Shown here: positions 10,197 through 17,981 of the stretch, piece by piece
Layout of the letters: the number at the start of each line of letters is the position of its first letter
How positions within the stretch are numbered: position 1 is the stretch's first letter
Virus record (IMG/VR): IMGVR_UViG_3300021962_000032
Reading direction: 5' to 3' (one strand)
Length of the DNA stretch: 64,000 bases
Source: a virus
The notes under the pieces: model-generated
Told to the model about the DNA's origin: nothing
The model's input: the letters and a program-made list of their open reading frames with translations, nothing else
Database searches by the model: none
Program-made: the position numbers and the translations under genes

Positions 10197-11141
10197 TCAA
10201 TCATCAAGAAGACCTTGGAACTTGCGAAGATAATCATCTTCATCTTCATCTTCTGCATCAGTTTGTTTTGCAGGAGCAACATCCTTACTCTTCTTGTAAG
10301 AATTCTCAAGTTCCCTCAGGACATCTTCTTCACTGGTTTTCTTGGGGGCATAAGATTCATACTCCTCTTCCTCTTCATGAGTAGATGACTTAGGAGCAAC
10401 ACGATTGATGCCAAGAACATAATTCATGCGCTTCTCAAGTTCCTCGTAGGACTTAAACTGATCGGGAGCAAGAATGGCAGAAAGAGAATACTCCTTCTTC
10501 CAAATTGCTTCCATTGCTTCGTCATCTTCAAGAAGAGGACCAGCAGAATCAAACTCGGACTTATCGTAGTTCCAGTAACCTTCAACCTTACGAATCTTGA
10601 GACGGAAGTTTGCACCACTCCAGAAATCAAAAGGATTGATTGGTTCTTCATCTTCAAACTCTGGTTGCATTGCATTCAGGATCTTATCAAAGATCTTTTT
10701 ACCATACTTGAAGAGAAATACTTTACCTTCATTCTGAGGATTTGCGGGATCTTTTACAACGTAGATGTTGCTGTAGTAGGACAGTTTACGCTTTTGCTTA
10801 CGGACTGTTTCCTGATCTTTAGGATCGCCAGTGTTCCAAAGACCACGATTGAGTTTTGCAACGGGATCTTCTTTGCTAATTGTGGTGAGAGAATTTTCGA
10901 TGTACCATCCACCAGGACCTTGGAATCCATGAGAGTACATCTTCACCCAAGGAAGATCTTCATCGGGGGGAGCAGGAAGGAATCGGATAACGGCAGAACC
11001 AACACCGTCCTTACCCATTGCAGGTTTCCAGAGACGATCATCAGTACCATTTCCACTATTCAGTTTTTCAACTTCTTTCACCAGTTTTTCGGTGAGAGAA
11101 CCAAGAGAAGATTGCTTTTTGAGTTTAGAAAAATCAGACAT
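10197..11141 (-). CDS. gp32: Single-stranded DNA-binding protein gp32
   Basis: AVIRFLPAP, HGFQGPGGWYIENSLTT, KRKLSYYSNIYVVKDP, NPFDFW.GANF.LK; acidic tail. Confidence 0.97.
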   Translation of the reverse strand: MSDFSKLKKQSSLGSLTEKLVKEVEKLNSGNGTDDRLWKPAMGKDGVGSAVIRFLPAPPDEDLPWVKMYSHGFQGPGGWYIENSLTTISKEDPVAKLNRGLWNTGDPKDQETVRKQKRKLSYYSNIYVVKDPANPQNEGKVFLFKYGKKIFDKILNAMQPEFEDEEPINPFDFWSGANFRLKIRKVEGYWNYDKSEFDSAGPLLEDDEAMEAIWKKEYSLSAILAPDQFKSYEELEKRMNYVLGINRVAPKSSTHEEEEEYESYAPKKTSEEDVLRELENSYKKSKDVAPAKQTDAEDEDEDDYLRKFQGLLDD

Positions 11142-11184
11142 GTGTTTTACGGATTGTTTGAGATTTGGCCTTTACGACGACTTT

Positions 11185-11213
11185 ATCCTACCAGTGGCAA
11201 GAAGGGATGTCAA
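11185..11213 (-). promoter_or_regulatory. Sigma70-type promoter for gp32
   Basis: TTGACA-N17-TAGGAT on the minus strand. Confidence 0.7.
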
Positions 11214-11542
11214 GCCCTCTTTAAAACATCTTTCATGACTTTAATCATGGATTCCATATTATTAAAAATGACACCAATATCTATATTCTCTTGCATTCCC
11301 ATCATCACTGCTTGCCTTTGAATTTTTTCTTTAAATTCAATTGCTTCTGGGTCATCAGAAAGAGATAATCTGGTATATAAAATTCTTTGCTTTTCAAGAA
11401 GTTTTTCAAGTAATCCAACATGGAACTTTTTTTCGTCCAAAGTCATTGTTGGGAATTTAAAAATATTTTTATAGATATCTTCCTGGAGAATTGTAATCTC
11501 AGTCATTTCTGCTCGTACAATTTCCGAATTAAAAAAACTCAC
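11210..11542 (-). CDS. Conserved cyanophage protein (DUF1825-like)
   Basis: FFNSEIV...LLEKQRILYTRLSLSDDPEA. Confidence 0.75.
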   Translation of the reverse strand: MSFFNSEIVRAEMTEITILQEDIYKNIFKFPTMTLDEKKFHVGLLEKLLEKQRILYTRLSLSDDPEAIEFKEKIQRQAVMMGMQENIDIGVIFNNMESMIKVMKDVLKRA

Positions 11543-12135
11543 TTGATAAACTCCTTAATTATATTTTTGTACTTATCCATGTCAATATGTATAAAAGGAG
11601 AATACTTTTCTATCTTCATGGAAGTAAATTCCCATATTGGATCGATAAGATTCTTGTCATAATTTGATTTGTATTTTAAAACCCTGTTGAGAATAACAAG
11701 CGTTTCTAATGAAACTTTTCCAGATAGATAAAGTTTAATTATACGTGGATGTTTAGATCCGATGACTTTAAAGTTGGAAACAAAATCTCCATCAGAAAAT
11801 ATAACATCCAACTCTTCTTTGAAGATGTAAGTTAAAGATTGAAGTTTCTTTTGCCAGTTCTTATAGTTCTGCTCTCCATTCTTAATGATTTCCCCAATCC
11901 ATAAGGTCTGGGGATCATCACAAGATGCAAAATTGGCAACAAAAAAGTTTTTAATTTCTTCTTCAGTTTTTGTTCTGGACATTTTTTCAAACCAGAACCT
12001 GTCTTTTCGATTGTAAAAAGATTGCAAAGAAGCTTTCACTTTACCATTGTATTTGTGAAAATCATATTTTTTCTGAGTAAAGTGATTCTTAATTGCAATA
12101 TAAGTCCTATAACATTCTAACGGATTAAGATTCAA
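11539..12135 (-). CDS. gp59: Helicase loader gp59
   Basis: Y..YIAIKNHFT...YDFHKYNGK, RKDRFWFEK, SLETLVIL, KYSPF. Confidence 0.9.
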   Translation of the reverse strand: MNLNPLECYRTYIAIKNHFTQKKYDFHKYNGKVKASLQSFYNRKDRFWFEKMSRTKTEEEIKNFFVANFASCDDPQTLWIGEIIKNGEQNYKNWQKKLQSLTYIFKEELDVIFSDGDFVSNFKVIGSKHPRIIKLYLSGKVSLETLVILNRVLKYKSNYDKNLIDPIWEFTSMKIEKYSPFIHIDMDKYKNIIKEFIK

Positions 12136-12398
12136 AATACCAATCGTGCTTTAGAGGTTTTCTTTAGAAAATTGAGATGAATTGCTTCGCATTTAATCTT
12201 TTCTTTCAATGGTTTTGAAAGAAGTTTTGGAACTGATTCCAAATCAATTTTATTTCTATCGCAGAAATAAATGATAGCATCAATGTAAGAAACTTTTTCT
12301 TCTTGAACAACTTTCTCAATTTCTTGAGCAAACCTGGACGGACAATAAAATTTTTCTTGTAATACTTTTTTAAGTTCTTGCTTTACTTCTTTGTCCAT
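12132..12398 (-). CDS. gp33: Late-transcription coactivator gp33 (alternative start 12443)
   Basis: FAQEIEKVV...SYIDAI...SKPLKEKIKCEA..LNFLK. Confidence 0.9.
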   Translation of the reverse strand: MDKEVKQELKKVLQEKFYCPSRFAQEIEKVVQEEKVSYIDAIIYFCDRNKIDLESVPKLLSKPLKEKIKCEAIHLNFLKKTSKARLVF

Positions 12399-12429
12399 GG
12401 TGTCTTTTATATTTAAATTTAAGAAGTTA

Positions 12430-13128
12430 TCAAACACGCTCATAATCCATTACCTTATCATTGACAAATTTTTTGATATACTTAAGCAACAGATTAAAAT
12501 ATTTTTTCTTATCGTACTCTTCATAAACACGAAGTTCACCGTCTCGGCAACCCATAATGATAACAAATTTCTTAACAGAAAGACCTGTCAATTCATGAAG
12601 CATACATGCATACGCACAACATTGGACGAAATAATCTTCAATCCATTTTCTTGGTTTTGGATACTTTGAGGTTTTAAAGTCAATTATTGCTAATTCTGGT
12701 ATTCCGTTATCTCCAGTATATTCTCCGATACAATCGGTGGTTCCAGCAATTCCAAGGGATGAACTATAAAGGGAACCTTCAAGTGCGTGAATATTATTTA
12801 TATTATTCAAAGCAGGAACCATAATCTGAAATAGCATTTCAGACATTGGAAGAACATCAGAATTGCAATCAAGATTTCTTAGGTATTGCTCAGTAAGTGT
12901 ATGAGCATCTGTTCCAATAGAAGTAGATTCTTTACAGATACGATTTGCTTCTTTTTCCCCTACCTTCTCTCTCCACTCAGCAAACTTTTCTTTATTATAA
13001 TGGCTGGTGACAGAAGTAATCGACACCAGCCTTTGGAGATTTTCTTGTTCTGGGATTTTATAATATCGAATTCCATCTATAGTTTCCCTTTTAAGTTGGG
13101 GAAGATTCAAATCAACGTGTGTAAACAT
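12430..13128 (-). CDS. PD-(D/E)XK exonuclease
   Basis: SITSV, GT..H, AGTTDCI, IIDFKTS, YFVQ..AYA. Confidence 0.85.
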   Translation of the reverse strand: MFTHVDLNLPQLKRETIDGIRYYKIPEQENLQRLVSITSVTSHYNKEKFAEWREKVGEKEANRICKESTSIGTDAHTLTEQYLRNLDCNSDVLPMSEMLFQIMVPALNNINNIHALEGSLYSSSLGIAGTTDCIGEYTGDNGIPELAIIDFKTSKYPKPRKWIEDYFVQCCAYACMLHELTGLSVKKFVIIMGCRDGELRVYEEYDKKKYFNLLLKYIKKFVNDKVMDYERV

Positions 13129-13886
13129 TAAAGATCAAGCTCCGTTTTTTTAGTAAGGTATTCTTTAACAAGTCCAGATCTTACAATATCTTCAACTTCA
13201 AAATGAATCATTTCAAAAGAAGGCATTAACTGCAAGATTTTCATAAAATCATTAACTCCAGTTTTTTCATATTGCTTTGTAAGATCACTTTGTTTTGTAT
13301 CTCCACAGAACATGATCTTGGAGTGTTCACCGACTCTTGTAATTATACTATCAAGTTCGTGAAAATTCAAGTTTTGAAACTCATCCACAATAATAATTGC
13401 ATTGTCAAATGTCGTTCCACGGATGAAAGAAGTTGACCAAAAACTAATCGTTCCCTGTGTCTTTAGGTTTGCATAAAGCATTTCCTCTGCGGCTTCATCA
13501 AACACATCGAACATTGCTTTTACCATGTTCTTATATGGTATTTGATAAAGATCTGCTTTATCATCATGAGTTCCTGGAAGAAATCCAATTTCTCTCGTTG
13601 GAACCAATGATCTAATCAAGTAAATTTTTTCGTAAGGAGATCTTTCATCCAATACATCACAAAGAGCATTATAAAGTGTGATGAATGTTTTTCCTGTTCC
13701 AGCAGCACCATATGCTACAAGATTTTTATTCTCCTCATATGCATTGAACAATCGTTCTTGATTATCAGTTAAAGGGGAAATGTCTTTTAAAAGGTCTAAG
13801 TTAATTGGTTTTTTTCTTCTAAGTTGTTTGGGAGTAAGTCCAACTCCAACTTGGTTTTCTTGAGGTCCCCTTCTTTTTCTTGCCAT
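13128..13886 (-). CDS. phoH: PhoH-family ATPase
   Basis: GAAGTGKT, IGFLPG, FIRGTT, IIVDEFQN, GD..QSDL, DIVRSGLV. Confidence 0.96.
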   Translation of the reverse strand: MARKRRGPQENQVGVGLTPKQLRRKKPINLDLLKDISPLTDNQERLFNAYEENKNLVAYGAAGTGKTFITLYNALCDVLDERSPYEKIYLIRSLVPTREIGFLPGTHDDKADLYQIPYKNMVKAMFDVFDEAAEEMLYANLKTQGTISFWSTSFIRGTTFDNAIIIVDEFQNLNFHELDSIITRVGEHSKIMFCGDTKQSDLTKQYEKTGVNDFMKILQLMPSFEMIHFEVEDIVRSGLVKEYLTKKTELDL

Positions 13887-13894
13887 AGAGTTTC

Positions 13895-14146
13895 TTACCT
13901 TCTAATTTGATTTTTGGATCCAGCAGATTTTGCACTTTTATCAAGAACTTCCTTCCAACCTGGATGTTTATTTTCAAGCTTGTCTCTCCATTCACCAACC
14001 TCCCCCGCAGAAGGGCAAGTTGATGGATCGGACCAGTCCCGTGTCCATTCTGGGTTGGATGTTTTCCATTGATCCCAGTCATGGACACTCATTTCCACTT
14101 CTTTTTGCTCACCAGTTTTAGTGTTTATAACAGGATATGTTGCCAT
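13895..14146 (-). CDS. Conserved cyanomyovirus protein
   Basis: MATYPVIN.KTGEQKEV...W..W...NP.W; usual neighbour of phoH. Confidence 0.75.
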   Translation of the reverse strand: MATYPVINTKTGEQKEVEMSVHDWDQWKTSNPEWTRDWSDPSTCPSAGEVGEWRDKLENKHPGWKEVLDKSAKSAGSKNQIRR

Positions 14147-14165
14147 TTTCTAACAATAATGTGTA

Positions 14166-14840
14166 TCAATATTTATTATGCGTACTCCAGTCCAATGCTT
14201 CCGCAACATTGGGGAATTGTCCAGCAAAAATACATTGACATTCTTTAGCAATATCCATATGTTCCTGCTGTGTTCCGTTTGCAGAACGAAGTTGAATATA
14301 ATGAATCCAAGAACGACAAGAACCAGTCATGTAAATTCGTGTGGGAGTTGCAAGGGGAAGAATGAATCGAGCACATTCTTTAGCAATACCATCATCCAAC
14401 ATTTGCTTATACAGATCCATTCCCCGTTTGAAATAATCCTGATTCAACATTTCATATTTTTGGAGAATATAAGGATCTACATCATCAATACTATTCTGAC
14501 GATTCTTGGTATCCTGACGACGAAGTTCGGGAACAGGAATATCCCCAAGCAAGGAGCTATCAGCATACCTCTGTGAGAACTCCTGGAAGGTGAAGGAACG
14601 ATGCCGGAGAATCTGGGCAGCAATACCCCTGGTAGTGTTGATCTCAAGGGTCATGAAGGCATGTTCAAAGATGCTCCAGTGCTCATGCTTGATGCAATAC
14701 TTCAGCAATCCAGCAGAAGTATCGAAGTTCAGTTGATTGTTTGGGTTGCTGACACGGGCAATGTAAGAGATTACTTCTTGAGCATTCTGTTCAATCAGAT
14801 CTCCAGCACCTTGAGTAATAGCAATCAGTTTTGTATTCAT
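14166..14840 (-). CDS. thyX: Flavin-dependent thymidylate synthase
   Basis: HWSIFEH, QILRHRSFTFQEFSQRY, AKECARF.LP, RSWIHY. Confidence 0.97.
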   Translation of the reverse strand: MNTKLIAITQGAGDLIEQNAQEVISYIARVSNPNNQLNFDTSAGLLKYCIKHEHWSIFEHAFMTLEINTTRGIAAQILRHRSFTFQEFSQRYADSSLLGDIPVPELRRQDTKNRQNSIDDVDPYILQKYEMLNQDYFKRGMDLYKQMLDDGIAKECARFILPLATPTRIYMTGSCRSWIHYIQLRSANGTQQEHMDIAKECQCIFAGQFPNVAEALDWSTHNKY

Positions 14841-15025
14841 TCGTCAATCTCCCAACTATCTTTTTCCTTTTTGCGAAGTTTTTTAAGCTCTTTCATCATA
14901 TCCTTAATCTCCTGATATGCAACTTCGGGAGACATTTTATCAGATACTTCAAGTCCAACAATATATTGAACTTTATCTCCAAATCGAGCAAGTGCTCTTT
15001 CAAATTCAGTTAATGTTTCGTACAT
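14837..15025 (-). CDS. Hypothetical protein
   Basis: Tightly packed ORF overlapping the thyX start. Confidence 0.7.
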   Translation of the reverse strand: MYETLTEFERALARFGDKVQYIVGLEVSDKMSPEVAYQEIKDMMKELKKLRKKEKDSWEIDE

Positions 15026-15027
15026 TT

Positions 15028-15177
15028 TTAATCCTCCTCGTAGTATTCAATGTCATCATCAAGATCTGGTGGAAGAAAAGTTTGAAAATCATTTGATTCG
15101 GTTTTAACTTCTTCTTTAAGCATTGAAAGAAGAATTTCCATGTTTTCGATTATCCACGAAACCTTTTCGTTATCCAT
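15028..15177 (-). CDS. Small acidic hypothetical protein (49 aa)
   Basis: Read by hand: MDNEKVSWIIENMEILLSMLKEEV...YYEED; below the ORF-track cutoff. Confidence 0.6.
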   Translation of the reverse strand: MDNEKVSWIIENMEILLSMLKEEVKTESNDFQTFLPPDLDDDIEYYEED

Positions 15178-15201
15178 GAAATATATTTGTTCGACATGTA
15201 C

Positions 15202-15240
15202 ATTTTACACAAAAAAAGAGAGGGAGTCAAGTCCCTCTCT
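15202..15240 (-). terminator. Rho-independent terminator overlapping a sigma70 promoter
   Basis: AGAGAGGGAC-TTGA-CTCCCTCTC-T7 hairpin; TTGACT-N17-TAAAAT spans 15202-15230. Confidence 0.6.
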
Positions 15241-15246
15241 AATTTA

Positions 15247-15354
15247 TTAAGCAACTTGTGGTTGCTTTGCCATATTCAATTGTGCTTCTTTAAGTTTTTC
15301 GTCTTTTTCTTTTTTATCTTTAATAATCTGAAGAGGATTTAATTTGACAATCAT
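15247..15354 (-). CDS. Small basic protein (35 aa)
   Basis: MIVKLNPLQIIKDKKEKDEKLKEAQLNMAKQPQVA; ATGA overlap with the DUF4278 gene and GAGG SD. Confidence 0.55.
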   Translation of the reverse strand: MIVKLNPLQIIKDKKEKDEKLKEAQLNMAKQPQVA

Positions 15355-15509
15355 TTTGCCACCTCACCATTATTACAAGGACGATAAGCAATTCCACGAT
15401 ATGTATTTTGTGGATGTGCTGGTGCATGTGTTTTAGAATACCACTTACGATATTCTTCTTTAGGTGTGTCGGTATTATACTGACAACCTCTATAGGTTGC
15501 TTGTGACAT
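15351..15509 (-). CDS. DUF4278-family protein (52 aa)
   Basis: MSQATYRGCQY...NTYRGIAY with two YRG.xY motifs; AAGGAG SD; lies downstream of glutamine-riboswitch-like motifs. Confidence 0.8.
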   Translation of the reverse strand: MSQATYRGCQYNTDTPKEEYRKWYSKTHAPAHPQNTYRGIAYRPCNNGEVAK

Positions 15510-15540
15510 TAGGTTTTCTCCTTAGTTTTTAGGTTAAAGA

Positions 15541-15710
15541 GCGTTCCTTCAGTCGGCTTTTGCGTCTATTTTGCACTCCTTCGGAGATATTTGCTTCACT
15601 TCCCAAATCAAATCATTTCGGACCTGCTTTGGCAATGAGTGTGCATTAACCCGAGAAACAATCAATTGTGCTTGTAAACAAGTTAGAATGAGTGCTTCCA
15701 TAGATGAACG
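15541..15710 (-). ncRNA. Glutamine-riboswitch-like aptamer 2 (glnA/Downstream-peptide family), split by an internal ORF
   Basis: 5' half CGTTCA-TCTAT and 3' half ATAGA-CGCAAAAGCCGACTGAAGGAACG; CGTTC/GAACG and TCTAT/ATAGA pair. Confidence 0.65.
15549..15701 (-). CDS. 50-aa ORF nested in aptamer 2
   Basis: MEALILTCLQAQLIVSRVNAHSLPKQVRNDLIWEVKQISPKECKIDAKAD*; ATG lies in the 5' stem strand, TGA in the conserved CCGACTGAAGG. Confidence 0.6.
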   Translation of the reverse strand: MEALILTCLQAQLIVSRVNAHSLPKQVRNDLIWEVKQISPKECKIDAKAD

Positions 15711-15712
15711 AT

Positions 15713-15765
15713 CCGTTCCGAGTCGGCTTACTTCCGTTTGCTATTTGCGGATAGCAAATGAACGT
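15713..15765 (-). ncRNA. Glutamine-riboswitch-like aptamer 1 (glnA/Downstream-peptide family)
   Basis: CGTTCA-TTTGCTAT-ccgcaa-ATAGCAAA-CGGAAGTAAGCCGACTCGGAACG; outer stem CGTTC/GAACG and GGAAGTAA core. Confidence 0.75.
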
Positions 15766-15771
15766 AGAGGC

Positions 15772-15822
15772 ATTCTAATCCTCATTATTTATGTAGTCAA
15801 GTCAGTTTGTAACACTTGTTAC
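15772..15822 (-). promoter_or_regulatory. Sigma70 promoter with an upstream NtcA-like box
   Basis: TTGACT(15795-15800)-N17-TAGAAT(15772-15777); GTA-ACACTTGT-TAC at 15809-15822. Confidence 0.65.
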
Positions 15823-15824
15823 AA

Positions 15825-16151
15825 TTACCTTTCAATATAACTTAATGTATGATTAGTTGCGTAAAGTTGTTGGATGATTATATCACATCCAATTTTTGGT
15901 TGGCAATCACCACAAGTATAAACATCACATGCTGCCTTTCCTTCTTCTGGCCATGTGTGAATACTGATATGACTTTCTGAAAGCAAACAAATTACTGTAA
16001 CTCCCTGAGGATCAAACTTTTTATAAATCGTTTGACATACAGTTGCTCCACTTGCTGCTGCTGCATTTTCAAGTAGATCAATAAGAAAATGCTCATCGTT
16101 CAAAAGAACGAATGAGCATCCGTAGAGATTAAGTAAGTAATGCTTGCCCAT
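15825..16151 (-). CDS. speD: S-adenosylmethionine decarboxylase proenzyme
   Basis: GKHYLLNLYGC, F.PQGVT...LLSESHISIHTWPE, DVYTCG. Confidence 0.95.
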   Translation of the reverse strand: MGKHYLLNLYGCSFVLLNDEHFLIDLLENAAAASGATVCQTIYKKFDPQGVTVICLLSESHISIHTWPEEGKAACDVYTCGDCQPKIGCDIIIQQLYATNHTLSYIER

Positions 16152-16354
16152 TATTCTGGATTATTCTCCATATATTCATTTATAAGTTCGTCTATAATAT
16201 CTTCTCTTCCGTCGAGTTTATTTATTTCGTGTATATTTGACTTCTTAAATTTTTTAAGTTTCTTATATTTCTTAATCAATTTAACAACTTCAGCTTCATT
16301 AATAATCGCCTGAACGTTACTAACTTTTTCCTGTTTATTTAAAAATCCTTTCAT
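16151..16354 (-). CDS. Hypothetical protein
   Basis: Translationally coupled to its neighbours. Confidence 0.6.
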   Translation of the reverse strand: MKGFLNKQEKVSNVQAIINEAEVVKLIKKYKKLKKFKKSNIHEINKLDGREDIIDELINEYMENNPE

Positions 16355-16701
16355 CTCTTTTTCTTACTATCTGGTGATTTATATCCCCAGAGTTTGGGGT
16401 TAATTTTTCCGTATCCCCATCCAATATCTTGAATGACTCCTGTTCCAAATTTATCATAATATAAATCAAATATCTTAACTCTTGAACCTCTACAAAGATC
16501 CATGTAGATTTTATCGTCAAGCTTATACTTTATAATATAAGCATCTAATGGCCATGAAGGATCTTTCAATTGTTCCATGCTTGCTCTTTCAAGCAGTATG
16601 GTGCAACCATACTTGGAAGGTAAATTAGCTTTTTCTTCGGAAGACCATGATTCCATAGCAATATCTACCTCCAGGTTTGCATTCAAGACCGACCTCCCCA
16701 A
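16351..16701 (-). CDS. Conserved cyanophage hypothetical protein
   Basis: VKIFDLYYDKFG...WGYGKINPKLWG. Confidence 0.7.
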   Translation of the reverse strand: MGRSVLNANLEVDIAMESWSSEEKANLPSKYGCTILLERASMEQLKDPSWPLDAYIIKYKLDDKIYMDLCRGSRVKIFDLYYDKFGTGVIQDIGWGYGKINPKLWGYKSPDSKKKR

Positions 16702-17264
16702 GTAATTTCAGGATAAGCCTGAGATACAATCTCTCTCGTTATTTTGTATTTATCTTGCAATCTCTTATCCTTCACCAAAATCATAATTTGCGCTTCAAAA
16801 GGATGAAGTCCAGAAAGCATGTTAATAAACATTGTTTCCTTTCTCATCTGAGTAATTCCATTATTTCCACCTCTACAATAAATATAAAAATTCTGATACT
16901 CATTGCGAATGGAAGTTTTATTTTTATCTTCTACAAAATCTTCTGTTCCATAGTAACCACTAGTTTTTAAACCTTGATTTTTAGCTTTACTATTTACAAG
17001 ATCGGTGAGATTTCCACCAACAGAAGTTTGTTCATCTACTCCAGCATAAGGAACATCTCCTTCTGGAAGAATAGAAATTACGCTCTCATCAAAATTCATG
17101 ATAAGAATTGTGGTGAGAGCAGGGTTTTTATATGCTTGAAGTGTTTCTACTTTTTGTGCAACTGTCCTTTGCTTAGAAACTGCTTCAAGAATTTCATGCA
17201 TGAATGGATTTGGTTGTAATTTTGGTATGGACCATTCAATCTTCGTCTTCGTCTTCGTAGTCAT
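16683..17264 (-). CDS. Conserved T4-like phage protein
   Basis: NPFMHEIL, LPEGDVPY, RKETMFINML.GLHP.EA. Confidence 0.8.
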   Translation of the reverse strand: MTTKTKTKIEWSIPKLQPNPFMHEILEAVSKQRTVAQKVETLQAYKNPALTTILIMNFDESVISILPEGDVPYAGVDEQTSVGGNLTDLVNSKAKNQGLKTSGYYGTEDFVEDKNKTSIRNEYQNFYIYCRGGNNGITQMRKETMFINMLSGLHPFEAQIMILVKDKRLQDKYKITREIVSQAYPEITWGGRS

Positions 17265-17475
17265 AGTATTTTTCAGGGTAAAAATTTACAGCTAAGGTTT
17301 CATCTGGCAATATGTTTCCGTTTTCGTCAAGCATTTCTGGGTGTATGTTATGAGGTAATTTAAAAAACTTTTCGTTTAAAAAGTCCTTTGCTATCCATCC
17401 CACAATTCCTCCAAGGACAAAAAACATCAAGGTAAACATTATTGTAAATGTTACAATAAATGGCAGAGTTTCCAT
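17236..17475 (-). CDS. Membrane-anchored hypothetical protein
   Basis: N-terminal TM helix; HPEM.DENGN. Confidence 0.7.
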   Translation of the reverse strand: METLPFIVTFTIMFTLMFFVLGGIVGWIAKDFLNEKFFKLPHNIHPEMLDENGNILPDETLAVNFYPEKYYDYEDEDED

Positions 17476-17496
17476 GTTTTTTCCTCCAGTAGAGAG

Positions 17497-17697
17497 TTAC
17501 TTTTTTTTGATATTCAAACCGAAATCAAAATTTACTTGTATCTCTCTATTGAGGAGAGATATCACTTTTCCAAAACTAAAAGAAAAGGTTTTGGGTGCAG
17601 CAATCTCCCTCCTACTATTGTGACGTAACATTAACTCAAAACCACGATTAATATGTGGTTCTTTCTTATTTAGATGCCTTTTCTCATTATTAGACAT
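17497..17697 (-). CDS. Hypothetical protein
   Basis: INRGFELMLR motif; packed ORF. Confidence 0.6.
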   Translation of the reverse strand: MSNNEKRHLNKKEPHINRGFELMLRHNSRREIAAPKTFSFSFGKVISLLNREIQVNFDFGLNIKKK

Positions 17698-17700
17698 TAA

Positions 17701-17952
17701 TTAATTTACAATATTTTGTTCTTTTAAAAATTTTACAGTTTCAATACATCCACCCAAATAAACATCACCAGTATGATCATGCAAAATTACCTGAGGAAAA
17801 GATTTATTTTCACCAAATTCAATAATAAACTCTTCCTTAGTAAAATCGCAATCTAAAAAATGCACTGTATGATTTAGTTTAGATATTTCTAAGACCTTTT
17901 GAATTTTTTCACAATAAGGGCAACCATTTTTTGAATATACAGTAAATTTCAT
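17701..17952 (-). CDS. nrdC: Glutaredoxin (NrdC-like)
   Basis: CPYC, SFPQV, LGG. Confidence 0.9.
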   Translation of the reverse strand: MKFTVYSKNGCPYCEKIQKVLEISKLNHTVHFLDCDFTKEEFIIEFGENKSFPQVILHDHTGDVYLGGCIETVKFLKEQNIVN

Positions 17953-17981
17953 ATTTCAATTTGAAAGAAAACTTATTTAGT

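Noticed and set aside
10424-11321. ORFs overlapping gp32 in other frames or on the opposite strand
   Set aside because: Shadows of a strongly conserved gene
12430-13128. Cas4-like nuclease as CRISPR evidence
   Set aside because: Standard cyanomyovirus exonuclease in its usual phoH-gp33 context; no array
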